DNA from: Octopus bimaculoides
Lineage: Eukaryota
Direction: 5' to 3'
Assembly: GCF_001194135.2 (NCBI RefSeq)
Contig: NC_068982.1
Location: 75,225,252 to 75,289,251, forward strand
DNA length: 64,000 nt
The notes beneath the pieces were generated by a model, which was not told where the DNA came from, did not search any database, and was given only the letters and a program-made list of their open reading frames with translations. The position numbers and the translations under genes are program-made. Shown here in pieces: positions 13,329-26,718 of the stretch (position 1 is the stretch's first letter; the number at the start of each line of letters is the position of its first letter).

Positions 13329-13854
13329 CTGAAATCATAAAATATAAAACAAAATATAAGAAACTGAATTTAAAGTTTATGAATAATGTAATTAGAAAAC
13401 TTAACTTCACAGTGAATGTCAAACACCTATGAGCAGTTGGATGATGGCATCATAAAGTCATTTAGCACAATTATTAACTTCGTCTCTCTAGTCCTGTCTT
13501 GACTATTCAACTTCTCTAGCATTGGTGCCACCAGAAAATGCACCCAATTACATTCTGTAAGTGTTTGGTTACTGGAAGGGCTAGTAGTTGGTTGTAGAAA
13601 CCATGATACGCATATATATAATATATATATATACACATCATCATCATTTAACATCCATTTTCCATGCTGGCATGGGCTAGATGATTTGACAAGAACTAGT
13701 AAGGCCAAGGGCCACACCAGGTTCCATAGTTTGTTTTGACTTGGTTTCTATGACTGGATGCCCTTATTAATGCCAACCATTTTACAGAGTGTACTGGGTG
13801 CTTTTTATATGGCACCAGCACCCATACCAATGCTTTTTATAGGCACCTCGGGGT

Positions 13855-13888
<34 letters not shown>

Positions 13889-13900
13889 CACACACACACA

Positions 13901-14103
13901 TTCTTTTTATTCTTTTATTTGTTTCAGTCATTTCACTGCGGCCATGCTGAAGCACCGACTTTAGTTGAACAAATCGGCCCCAGGACTTATTCTTTGTAAA
14001 CCTAGTACTTATTCTATCAGTCACCTTTGCCAAACCGCTAAGTTATAGGGACATAAACACAAGAACATCGGTCAAGCGATGGGTGGGGCAAACACAAACA
14101 CAG

Positions 14104-14156
<53 letters not shown>

Positions 14157-14320
14157 TACACAACGGGCTTCTTTCAGTTTCTGTCAATCAAATCCACTCA
14201 CAAAGCTTTGGTCAGCCTGAGGCTATAGTAGAAGACACTTGCCCAAGGTGCCATGCAGTGGGACTGAACCCAGAACCATGTGGTTGGTAAGCAAGATACT
14301 TATCAGACAGCCACTCACCT
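13901..14320 (-). mobile_element. tRNA-derived SINE, family A (full-length copy with central (TA)/(CA) tract)
   Basis: Reverse complement of ggctgtgtggtaag...ggttcagtcccact...gtgagtggatttggtag...gactgaaacaagtaaaaga. More than 15 related copies, e.g. 9100-9250(+), 10085-10230(+), 22945-23080(+), 28500-28650(-), 47500-47680(-). Confidence 0.8.
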
Positions 14321-15003
14321 AGTGCAAATGGAGAGAGAACACTGGCAAATTGACAGAGATTCTGAACATTACAAGCAATGGATATAGTAATGTAGTCAAG
14401 AATAAAGAGTTATAGTTGGAAATATAAACTGGACACTCAGTTCACTGGATTTAATACATTTTATCTTGGTGATATCAGTTCTGATCATACAAAATATCTG
14501 TACAGAACACAATAGTCATTCTTTTCCCCCAAAAGTCATTGTTGTCACCATCATTGGTTAATATCCACATGTTCATACTTGTAATGGATCAGTTCACTGG
14601 GCAGATTTTCTACAGCCAGATGTCCTTCCTGTCACTAATCCTAACACATTTTCAAACAAGATAATATTTCCCATGGCCAGACAGGTTCTTCTACAGAAGA
14701 CTGGAAATGAACAACAACGTACACACTCACAAAATTCACAAGGCTTTGGTTGGCCTGGGACTATAGTACAAAACACTTATCCAAGGTGCTGGTGCTGCAA
14801 CAAGGGAGTGAACACAAGACCACATGGTTGGGAAGCAAGCTACAAAACCACACAGCCAGGCCTGTTCAGATATTACACCTATTTTTTATCAACAGCCCTC
14901 AGCTTTCCTTCCCAACAAACACCCAACATCAATTTCACTGTCATTTCAAACACCTTCCAAACCCACACTGTAATGTGCAATATGTACAACAAACAATACT
15001 TAC

Positions 15004-15105
15004 TTCTAGTGTCCCTACTTTATCTTTTAACTTCTTGGCTTCTTTTTCTTTCTCTTTTATCTCTTCTTCATGTTTGGCAGTCAATACACTTTGAACAGCA
15101 TATTG
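15004..15105 (-). CDS. GKAP1: GKAP1 homologue, coding exon 6
   Basis: tctatttag|QYAVQSVLTAKHEEEIKEKEKEAKKLKDKVGTLE|gtaagt; coiled-coil start; 102 nt. Confidence 0.85.
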
Positions 15106-15542
15106 CTAAATAGAAATTCAATATGAGTAGACATCAATAGATATTAGTTTCTTGCACAGATTTTACATAAGACAAATTGAAAAAATGAAGTGGTTTCATT
15201 CATGCATTTAAGAATGTTAGCAATATCAATGAATCAATTCTAACCCATATTGAAACTTCAAAACTGGCACTCTGTCAGTTATGATGATGAAGGCTCCAGT
15301 TGATCAACAGAACAGTCAGATGCAAGTGTATGAGCACTGTACAGACATGCATACCCGTAACATAATTCTCAGGGAAATTCAGCATGACACAGAATGTGAC
15401 AAAACTGGCCCTGTGAAATAAAGTGTCTTGCTCAAGGATACACTGTGCTGCTGGGAATCAAACTCATGACTTTATGATCATGAGTTGAATATCCTAACCA
15501 CTAAGCCATGTACCTTCACACAAATTAAAACTTAGCTGCATG

Positions 15543-15760
15543 TTAACCCTTTTGTTACTATATTTCTGTTAAAATCTACTGCCTTTGTTTTAATTTTGAA
15601 ACTAATGATGAATTTAGTAAAATCACTTATTTCACTTATTAAGTTAGTATTTAGAACATGAAATTTTGATGGAAAGTTTCAATGTAGATCACTTTAAAAC
15701 AGTAAATTTTGTGTCAGAGAACCAGGGATAGTCTCAGGCAGATTATTATAAAAAAGGGTC
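15543..15760. mobile_element. piggyBac-like MITE (TTAA-CCCTT end)
   Basis: Starts ttaacccttttgttac and ends aaaaagggtc; relatives at about 27198-27415 and 59920-60105, partial copies at 21995, 25027 and 40215. Confidence 0.55.
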
Positions 15761-16670
15761 AGCGTTAAATAGCTCAAGGTTTTTGGGGAGGCAATGACCA
15801 AGACCTATGGCATTATGTCGTGCATGAGAAGAAGACTCATCAAGCCAAGCAGAATCGCAGTTGTGACAGATACCGGTGTCAAGCAAATGATACCCATGCC
15901 AGTGACACGTAAAAGCATCCATTACACTCTTGGAGTGATTGACGTTAAGAAGGGCATCCAGCCATAGAAAACCATGCCAAATCAGACTGGATCCTTGCAC
16001 AGCCTTCCAGCGTGCCAGCCCAGTCAAACCACCCAACCCATGCCAGCATGGACAACAGACATTAGACAATGATGATGAAGAAAAGTTTCATGAGATCATG
16101 GAAAGAATAATAAAATGCTACCAAAGTCTAAACTCAAAAATTAACAATGATTTTAGAGAAGACATCAAAGCTATGACACTAAAAATTGCAGAAATTACAA
16201 CTTATGAAGTGGAACATACAATTGAAGAAATGTAAAGTTCTAGGACAAGACACACAACTGATGTCTGAAAGATTCTAAAGAAACAACCTTAGAGCAAATT
16301 GGCAAACAAAGCAAAATCCCTACAAGTCAAGCACAATAATTATTCTGCTGCACAAAAAACGGTAAAACAAAAAACAGCAAACTAGCAACTTATAATTTGA
16401 ACAACAGAATAAATCCTATGGTTGGAGGAAGAACGGAAGTCTTTGAGAGCAAGGAAAAAAAAGGTCAGCTGATGTTAAAGGATAAATGGGAGTGGGGTTT
16501 AGTGAGCGAGAGAAAAGAAGAGGAGGTGAAAGAGAAGGAAGGAGAGATGTATTACTAGACAAGGGGAACGGTAAGAGCAAGGAAAAAATAAAAATAAATG
16601 CCAAGTAGTTATGTAAAGCATTGAGAGGTAGGAAGGAAATAACAGGGAAACATTATACATACAAAGACAA

Positions 16671-16677
<7 letters not shown>

Positions 16678-16730
<53 letters not shown>
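16678..16730. repeat. (AT)n microsatellite; many other AT, CA, CAT and TAA tracts in the window
   Basis: Direct reading; other examples are (ATG)n 8197-8222, (CAT)n 47307-47340 and (CA)n 55420-55480. Confidence 0.95.
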
Positions 16731-16732
<2 letters not shown>

Positions 16733-18099
16733 TCATCATCATCGTTTAACGTCCGCTTTCCATGCTAGCATGGGTTGGACGATTTGACTGAGGACTGGTG
16801 AAACCGGATGGCAACACCAGGCTCATAAATACACAAAAGGGATCTCTAATTTCACATATTCTTTAAAGTCACTGGTTTTGCACTTTCAAAGACAGGAAAC
16901 AGATCTCCTACATGAATAAAAGGGTTAGCAAAGGAAGGATACCCTGCTGTAAAATAATGCTGCAATATATCAGTCTATATCTGTCTTACCCATGCTAGTA
17001 GGAAACATGTAAAATGAACAAGTGATACATATATTAAATACTTAGATACACACATGTGCAGAAGTATATGGAAACAAAGCAAACATATACAAATGTATAC
17101 ATAAAATGCAAAAAAAAACAAACAAATACATGCAATTCCCTGAGTCTTATATATATATGCACACACACACACAATCATCATCATGTTAATGTCCATTTTT
17201 CAATGTTTGCATTAGACAAATGGGAGTCACTGGGGCAATTTTTTATTTTTGTGTGGTTGGGTGTCCTTCTTGTCACTGACTCACACTGGTTTTCAAGTAA
17301 GGCAATATTTCTCTATGGTCAGACATGTTTTCATGAACAAATAGAGACAAAGGCTGATAGACTGGATTTGATATTGGAAGATTTTTAAAAGAAACACAGA
17401 ATGATGATTAAGATTGGTTGAATTGAATAGACTTAATGAAAATCAGAAACCAAAAAAAGAAGCAGTGCTCACCTAGTACCTATTTTATCAGCCCCAAAAG
17501 GATAAAAGGCAAAGTCAACCTTGGCAGAATTTGAACTCAAAACATAAAGACAGACAAAATACTGCTGAGTATTTTGCTCAGCACAGTAACAATTCTACCA
17601 TCTCACTGGTACAATTTAGGATGATACACCCAAGATGACATACTAGTTGTGGGTAAGTGCTTTTCATAAGCTAGAAGCAGTTTACAGCATTTAGAATTAC
17701 CATTAACTACATGTGCTTTATGATAAAAGATAAAGATGTAGTCAAAGCATTTTTCCTACAACAGGCCATACATGTCGAGGTACTTAGTTCAATCCCTAAT
17801 CCCAGCTGGAACCACTGCTCTACTCCTAAGCAGGCATATTTTACTGTTTACTTAATCTTCAGGAGCTGGAAATAAGAGCATCTCCAGATTCACAACTGAA
17901 TGCTAATTAGTAATGAAGTGTCAAATTAATTAACGTGCAAATAAGTCAATAATGCATGTCTATGCATGCGCATGTGTATTTGATGTTACCAGCAAGCAGA
18001 AATTTTAAAATCCAAAACTCAAATTTTAATTTTATGCTTAATTTTTTTTTTTAGATTGGAGTGAAAATAAAATAAAATAAACAGACAAAAAAGATTTAC

Positions 18100-18215
18100 T
18101 TTCCGGTATTCTTCTTGCATCTTTTCATTATGCCGAATGCGGTTATAGCCAGCTTTCGCATTATCAAGACAATTGGACTCTCCATCATTATTCAATGAGG
18201 CTTCATGTTTGGCAC
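18100..18215 (-). CDS. GKAP1: GKAP1 homologue, coding exon 5
   Basis: ttttgaag|(G)GT-AKHEASLNNDGESNCLDNAKAGYNRIRHNEKMQEEYRK|gtaaat; 116 nt; its phase-1 start fits exon 4. Confidence 0.78.
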
Positions 18216-19029
18216 CTTCAAAATAATGAAAACGACAAGACAAAGAAAGATATTGATTAAATATAAATAGAGTTGCAACATCGGGTAAAGAGTAAAGATC
18301 CCTCTTTGGTCACAAATGACCATGGGATTGCAATGAGAAAGTTCCCCTCTGAAGCACAGGTCTGGGCAAGGTTGTTCATGGAAGACTTATGCATACCAGC
18401 CTCCTCTACTCCATGCAATTGATGCTATCCAAGGGAAAAGGCAAAAGCTGATACAGCTTGGTACCAGTGACATTGCAACTCATTTCTATAGCTGAGTAAA
18501 CTGGAGTGACGTAAAATAAAGTGTCTTGCTGCAGAACAACACACAACCCAGTCTGAGAATTGAACTCACTACCACATGATCATGAACCTCACAATCTAAC
18601 CACTGAGCCATGCACCTTCACCACAAAGTAAACATGTGACTAATTTAATAAATCATAACCCACACCAGCCTGGAACATCATTATCATTTAACGTCCGCTT
18701 TCCATGCTAGCATGGGTTGGACGATTTGACTGGGGAATGGCTAACCAGATGGCTATACCAAACTCCAATCTGATCTGGCAGAGTTTCTATCTACAGCTGG
18801 ATGCCCTTCCTAACGCCAACCACTCCGAGAGTGTAGTGGGTGCTTTTTTTTATGGGATTGTTTACTTTTAATGTGGCATTGTAAGATAGATATAAGAAAC
18901 TGAATTTGGCCAGTTTGACCAGAAAAAAATTGGAATATTTTGACAGGATATGGTTGATTTAAATGCTAAAGGGCTAAATCTTGGACAAATGCTCAACCCA
19001 CCCCAAAGATGACATCTTCAGTAAAAAAC

Positions 19030-19500
19030 ATTTATTCAATATATTTACCACCCAACTGTATGTCATTTACCAAACCTCAAAACCAAAGAATATTGAACTT
19101 TCTTAAGACTCACTTTTCATGAAATGTCTTTTAGATGCAGTGAATGCTGGCAAATCTGTACTGACATTTATTAAAGAATTGAATATCAAGAATGCTGTCT
19201 GGTTTGTTGCCAGAGGATGGAAGATGCTGGAAGCATCTACACTAAAGAAAACCTGGCATAAGTTGTGGCCTGCTTTGATATTTGATAATTCATCTGATGA
19301 GAATGTTAACAATGATTTCACAGACTTTAATTTATCAAAGGAAAAAGTGTTTGTAAGTCGCTTGGGTATGCAAAAAAAATGTTACAGGATCTGTTGTTGA
19401 GGATGTAGTAAATAATAATGAAAATCTGACAGTATAGATTATATTAGTAATAAAATACCTATAGTGCATCGTCTTAGAGACTTGCAAATTACAGACACCA
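19030..19500 (+). pseudogene. pogo/Tigger-family transposase (DDE_1) fragment
   Basis: PPNCMSFTKPQNQRILNFLKTH (degenerate PPNxTSxxQPMDQGII..LK) followed by IKNAVWFVARGWKMLEASTLKKTWHKLWP. Confidence 0.7.
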
Positions 19501-20300
19501 CTGTGAATGATTAAAATATAGGGAATGAAGATGCAACAGATGTAACTTAGAAGCTTCCCAATGTCAAGTCGAGTTGGTGAGTGAAGTAATTGAAGGGATA
19601 TTCTTTTTCATATTTATCTTGTACCTTAATCTCACATCTCTCTCTTTCTTTCCAGATGGAGAAGCCATGCATTCATCTCTTTAGCAAAATATCTGCTCCT
19701 GTCTCTCTATCAAACTTTCACCTCCATCAATACTACACTCCCACTCAATTGAGGTCTTGTCATGTGAGTATTTGTTGATCCCACTAGTGCTGGTGCCACA
19801 AAAAAGTGTCCAGTACACTTAATGAAGTGATTGGCATTAGGAAGGACATCCAGTAAGTAGAAACCATGTCAAATCAGACATTGGAGACCAATACAGCCCT
19901 CAGGCTCGTTGGATCATGTCAAACTATTCAATCTATGCCAGCATGGAAAAAGGTATGTTAAATGATGACAGAGCAACCTACTGCTCTTATAGAACACAAA
20001 CTAATAAATTTACATTTCAAAAACACATGAAACAACTTTGCTTGGATGATGTGTCCTGTTGCCTCAACATCAAGTATCTCAGAGAGCCCACATACAACAT
20101 CAGAAATCCAAGATGAAATGGTTAACTACATTAAAAAACAAAACAAAACAAAAAAAGAGAACTGTAATCTTGAGTGTTCAACTTCCAGACTTACATGATT
20201 AACTTCATGGTTCCAGTAAACTTTGCCAATCTGAGAGCAGTGATACAGCATCATTCTTTGTAAGTACAGTAGTTAATAAATTTACAATATAGATTTGTTA

Positions 20301-20349
20301 TTTCTTACAATGTGGATTTCTTACAATGTGGATTCTTACAATGTGGATT
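20301..20349 (+). repeat. 15-16-bp minisatellite, 3 copies
   Basis: ttcttacaatgtggat repeated three times. Confidence 0.9.
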
Positions 20350-21689
20350 GGGTTTCCTGTTGAACCACCTCTGATGTCTAATAAAGTGTTCACAACACTT
20401 ACAGTATGCAAATCTCCAGTTCTCTGAAGCTATTAGATTTGATGTGTATATGAACAGATTGGCAACTTTTTCTGTTGATTGCTCACGAGACACACACATC
20501 TTTGATGAGACCCAATAAAGGTTGAAAATTAAAGCTGCTCTTCATTTTTTCAATCTATGGAGAAATAGGTAAATTTACCATGTATGTCTACAAGGTCATC
20601 ATCATCATTTAGCGTCTGCTTTCCATGCTGGCATGAGTTAGACGGTTTGACTGAAACTGAAGCTGGAAAGCTGCACTAGGTTTCAATTTGATTTGGCTTG
20701 GTTTCTATGGCTGGATGCCCTTCCTAATGCCAATCACACCAAGAGTGTAATGGGTGTTTGTTACATGCCACCAGCATCAGCCACAACTATGATTTCATTT
20801 GGCTTGACAAGTCTTCTCAAGTATGGCATATCGCCAAGGGTCTTGGTCACTTATCACCTCCATGAGACTCAATGTTTGAATGGTGTTTTTTTATGTGCCT
20901 GTTTCACTTGGCTTGACGGGTTTTCTCAAGCACGGCATATTACCAAAGGTCTGGGTCATTTGTCATCTTCTTAATGAGGCTTGACATACAAAGATCATGC
21001 TTCACCACCTCGTCCCATGTCTTCCTGGGTCTACCTCCACAGTTAGAGATCAGCACTTCTTTGCACAGCTGTCCTCATCCATATGTAGGCTTGTTTAAAA
21101 GATATATATGCAACCATATGAATACTAAGTTTGTCAACTGTCTAACATACACATACACAAATAGCGAACTTGCCAATTGTCTAATATACATTGTTGGCAT
21201 TCCGTCGCTTACGACGTCAAGGGTTCCAGTTGGTCCAATCAACAAAACAGCCTGCTCGTGAAATTAACGTGCAAGTGGCTGAGCACTCCACAGACACATG
21301 CACCCTTCATGTAGTTCTCAGGGAGATTCAGCATGACACAGAATGTGACAAGGCTGGCCCTTTGAAATACAGGTACAACAGAAACAGGAAGTAAGAGTGA
21401 GAGAAAGTTGTGGTGAAATAGTACAGCAGGGTTCACCACCATTCCCTGCCAGAGCCTCGTGGAGCTTTAGGTGTTTTCGCTCAATAAACACTCACAACGG
21501 CCGGTCTGGGAATTGAAACTGTGATCCTATGANNNNNNNNNNNNNNNNNNNNNNNNNNNNNNNNNNNNNNNNNNNNNNNNNNNNNNNNNNNNNNNNNNNN
21601 NNNNNNNNNNNNNNNNNNNNNNNNNNNNNNNNNNNNNNNNNNNNNNNNNNNNNNNNNNNNNNNNNNNNNNNNNNNNNNNGTAACTGTAC

Positions 21690-21813
21690 CTGATTTGTTG
21701 GAGTTTGGAACCTTATTTTTGGGTTGTTCTGTGTTGGTGGGAATAACTTGCTTTTCTTTTTTCTTTTTCTTCTTACTTTCTGCCTGTGTTTTAACTTCTG
21801 AGCTGTTTCCTTT
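21690..21813 (-). CDS. GKAP1: GKAP1 homologue, coding exon 4
   Basis: tttttccag|KGNSSEVKTQAESKKKKKKEKQVIPTNTEQPKNKVPNSNKS+G|gtacag; 124 nt, ends in phase 1; Lys-rich like the GKAP1 linker. Confidence 0.75.
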
Positions 21814-23739
21814 CTGGAAAAAACAAAATCCCAGTATACAAATAAAATAAAATGTTTACTATTATTCTCTCCAGGCATCATCAGTTTTTCTTCCATGCAG
21901 TTTCCCTTGGATTCAAACACATACACATCAAATTCACCTTTCTACCATCTCTAATTTAACTGCACAACTTCTGCAATTAAGTTTTACTAATATTTATCCT
22001 TTTTGTTACCATAATTCTTTGAAAATACAGTTTTTGATTCAATTGATTAAAAAAATAATGAAAAATATAGTAAAGTAACTCCATTGTTATTAAGCTGTTT
22101 GGAACATAAATTGCTTTCTATTAAAGAAAAGCACAGGACCTGATAGTAAGGTAGTGGGGCAAGTCAAGCAAAGTTGACCATGACAGAATTTGAGCTCAGA
22201 ACGTATTGCTGGAAGTAACGCTGCTAAGTATTTTGTCCAGCATGCTAATGATTCTGCCAGCTTGGGACATAAAATAACCTGAAATTTTAAAAGGGAATTT
22301 TAACATAAATCACTTTAAATCAGTAAGGCTGTACCTTAAAACCAATGATGATCTTGTGTGGTTTTGTACCAAATGGGTTATGCATTCAATACTTACCACA
22401 ATACTAGTCATTCTATACATAAATATCAATTCCAAACAATCTCCTGTTGTTTATTTTTTTTTTACTGTCAAAATAGATGTTGAAAATTTAATCAACTGCA
22501 CATTATTGGAAAGGTCTTGTTAAATAAAGATGTATTTAAATTTTTTTTTTTATTTCTTCAGTTGGATGTTCCTTACTTCTATGTACTGAATTGTTAAAGT
22601 GAGGGTGAAATCTGTTTGTCAGCCACACAGACTAAAGTAGAGCTATGTGAATAATCAAACACAACATCACTGATGTAACTACAGATGGAACTCCTGACTA
22701 GAGGTCAGTAGGCCAACTCCTTAACCTCACCAAATGTCTAAATAAAAAAAAATAATAATAAAACTATCCCATTTGTAAAACATTAGGAAAGATAGACCAA
22801 ACAACTCAGAGGAATGAAATGAAACAGTTACAACTAATAACACATAACAACATCAATAATAATAATAACTCTGACACAAGGCCATAAATGGAAAGAGGTA
22901 TAAACAACTTAACTGACTGGTAATTATTTCATCTACCCTAAAAGGTGCTGTAGGGCTGTGTGGTTAAAAGTTTGCTGCCCAACCACATGATTTTTGGGTT
23001 CAGTCTTCTACCAAAGCCTTGTGAGTGGATTTGGCACTTGGAAACTGAAAGAAGCCCATTATGTATGTGTGTGTGTGTATAAGGAGGGTGCTGAAAAGTT
23101 CCTGGCTGTAAGGATAGGCCTGGTTGGAGGCCCAACCTTCCAAGTCCTTTTACAGGACTTAGAAAAATTGAAAGACCACTGCCATAAGTGTGTGAATCTG
23201 AGAGGGGAATATGTTAAAAAAATTCATAATTCACTGTATTTTCTTTTACCCAAAGCCAGGTACTTTTCAGCATCCCCTCATATATACTTTGTCTTGACAT
23301 TACATGATAGTTGTAAATGAGTGTCACTGTCATACAAGCAGTGTCATTCATTTCCAATATTCTGCAAAAACATGTCTGGCCATGGGGTAAGTTATCTTAC
23401 ATGCGAGGGTTGGTAATGGGCTACTTTTTGTTTCCATCAGCCAAATCCACTCACTTGCCCAAGGCTCTATGCAGTAAGACTGACCCTGAAACTAGACAGT
23501 TGGAAAATAAACATCTTAACCACACAGCCTCATCTGCACCGATGGACATGCCTGCAGCTAATTAAAGCAAACAATAAGAGAAAAAACAAGAATCTAGTAT
23601 CATTCTACACCTTAGAGCCATAACAGTTGCAGAGGCTTACTCTCTCCTGTTTTAAAGTTGCAGCACAAAATTGGAACAAAAAAAAAAAGAAAGAAAGAAA
23701 GAAGAAAAAGGGTAGAAGGGTTAAATTTTAGTGACATAC

Positions 23740-23826
23740 TTCTTTTGTAGGTTTTTTCTGTTCAAATTCCAACCTGCTAAGGAGTAATGCTTGTTGCAGA
23801 TCTTTCTCATAGATATCCGTTGTAAA
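23740..23826 (-). CDS. GKAP1: GKAP1 homologue, coding exon 3
   Basis: ttttgcag|FTTDIYEKDLQQALLLSRLEFEQKKPTKE|gtatgt; matches the GKAP1 FEADLEKALLLSKLEYE motif; 87 nt. Confidence 0.92.
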
Positions 23827-26494
23827 CTGCAAAAGAAACTCAGTTTCATAATGTTCTGAAATACGACATCAAACCAAAGTCAACAAGTCCTTCCTTAATG
23901 TGTGTGGATGGTGGGAAGGAAAGAAGAGAAAGAGAGGGATAAACTTTCAACATTCTTGCATGACTGTAATTTAAGTAAAAGGCTTTAAATAACAGCTTGC
24001 AGTAGTTTAATGAATATTTCACTTTCTTCCACAAGCAAATAATAGCAAAGTGACATGGAAGAATGTCAAAGAATGTTTTGAAAAAATGTTAAAACCTATC
24101 ACCATTGTATTCATGACCATTGTTAATTACATGGAAGCAACATGCCTTCCCTCTTGCATTACACTTCAAATTCAAGTAAAGCTTGTTCTTTATGGTTTCT
24201 TTCAAATTTAACCAACCTCTATCCTGATGTAGGTCTTTCAAATAAACATGACATAGCTTATTAAATAAACAATCTTTACCTTGCTAATATGAAGCAGATG
24301 AATTGTATTCTTTTCCTATCACCAAACCAGGAACTTAAGTGGGTTATAATAAGCTATTTCATACTTAACCACACTTTGGTTGAGAAAAATTGGATACATC
24401 ATCATCCTCACCACCATTATCATCTGATGTCTGTTTTCCATGCTCACATGGGTCAGACAGTTTGATAGAGCCTGACGAGCTGCAGAGCTGTATCAGGCTC
24501 GTGTCAACTTTCACATGGTTTCTATAGCTGGGTGTCTTTCCTAATGCCAACCACTTTAGTGTGTACTGGTGCTTTTTGCATGACATTAGCACTAGTGAGG
24601 TTATCAAGAAACTTGCAAAACAAAACATACAAAAGAAAATGGAAGAACCCTTTCAATTGAATGGGAGCATATTTGAGATGGGGTGATGGTGGCTTTGTAT
24701 CAGGTGTCAAAGGGTAAAGTATGATAGAACAAGCACAGATGTCTTGTTAATAGAAATCTCATAGCATTTGTACAAATTCAGAAAATCTGGTACATCCAAT
24801 TAGGATTAAGATGAAAAAAGAAAAAGAAAAAATTCCTTTTTTATGCTGCACTCTGAGGAAATTGACAAGCCCATAGTTCATAGACATTACCTCAGAACAA
24901 GATGACAAAAGAGAAATGATTAAGTTGATAGTGTAACTGGATTATCAAAGACAAAGTGATTAAGATTACTAGATTACCAAAGAGGAAATGTTTAAGTATA
25001 AAATTAGACCATCTAAGACAAAATAGTTAACTCTTTTGTTTCCATATTTCTGTTGAAATACACTACCATTGTTTCAATTCATTTTGAAAATAATTAAAAA
25101 GGTTTAAATAGCCAAGATAACTAGATTACCAAACTCACAAACACTAAGGTTCAATTTTTACAACTGATTTTATGTGACTTTAAACAAAAATATTTCATCG
25201 TCTCTACCTCAAATCCACATAGGTGAGGAGAATAAGTAACAAATTTTCATAAATAACTACAAGAAACCAGCATCCTAGAATTGTGAATATTTACATAATA
25301 TGGGGTTGGCATAATAATGTGCGACTGACAATGACTGGAAAAAAGAGAAACAGAGATCAGTCAAAACTTTGAAAGGAGTACCACACTGTTGCACTAAAAA
25401 CAAGTTAAAGGAGGAGGATAAATTTATATGGGATTTAGAGGGGGCTTAGAGCAAGCCAATTATTAACCGAGGCACTATCTTGTGGTTTTACAACTGTTTT
25501 GTCTTTCTTTATATATAAATTTATCTTCTATGTCCCCTTCAATATCAATTAAAAATAATGAACCAAATAACATTTGAACTGAATTAAGTGGAATATAACA
25601 CAATGATATTCTAACAGTAGGAAAAAGAATTCTATAACTGATACCAAATCCAATTGGAAATTTTCTAAAAGAAAAAACTTAAAAACTAACCCAATGACAT
25701 ATCCTTCCATGGGCTAGCCCACTAACATGTAAATAGGATCTATATAGAGGCAGAATTTACTGCTGTAAGTAACAAGAATACTGTTTATTCTGCTCAAATG
25801 CTGCTTTGGACATATTAAATGTATATAGTATACAGATATGAAATCATCATCATTGTTTAATGTCCGTTTTCCATGCTGCTAAACAATAATGATATATATA
25901 TATATATATATAAACCCCTAGAGAAAACATGTAGGTTTACCATTCTGGCTATGGAGTGTTAGATAATTTATCCCATATACTGATACATATCAATGTAATA
26001 GGTATGTGCATATATGTAAGTATATGTATGTTTGTGTGTATGCATATATGTGTGTATATGCATATATTGCTGTATTTGACACTAATTGTGAAATTTAGGC
26101 GCACGGCTTTGTGGTTAAAAAGTTTGGCTCATAACCATGTAGTTTTAGTTTCAGTCCCACTGCACAGCACCTCAGCCAGGTGTCATCAACTGTAATCTGA
26201 GGCTGACCAATACTTTGAGTGAACTGGTAAATGAAAACTGCAGTAAGCTTGTTGGGTGGCTGCGTGTGTGTTTCCTTGACATTTACGTGTTGATTGTAAA
26301 CAGAGTTAGCTTTCATATATAGTGTTGTGCGTTTGCAATCTTCCTTGAAAACATGACCAGTGAGCAGTTCCAGTTAAAAGAAAAATAAAAGACAGGCACA
26401 AGTGTAAAAAACTTGTATTGGATGCCTTGCAGAATGTGTCTGGTACTTTGCCTTTTGAGTTCAAATCCTATCATGGCTTACTTGGGTCATAGGC

Positions 26495-26718
26495 TTAACC
26501 CTTTAGTATTCAGATTACTCTATCAAATGTAATGCTTACACATTCATATTGCTTTGAATTAATCATACATTATCTTTTAGCTTTCAGATTTCAATGATGG
26601 GATTGTTTATTTTTAGAATGGCATTAATGGGTAGGTGTGAGAGACCAGATCTGGTCAGTTTGAACACAAAACAGAATATTTGGGCCTGATACGACCAGTT
26701 TGAATTCTAAACGGTTAA
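26495..26718. mobile_element. piggyBac-like MITE, second family
   Basis: ttaaccctttagtattcag...ttctaaacggttaa with TTAA at both ends; second copy at about 31205-31378. Confidence 0.65.

Noticed and set aside
14673-15113. 146-aa and 114-aa plus-strand ORFs
   Set aside because: They are made of SINE sequence plus the antisense of GKAP1 exon 6.
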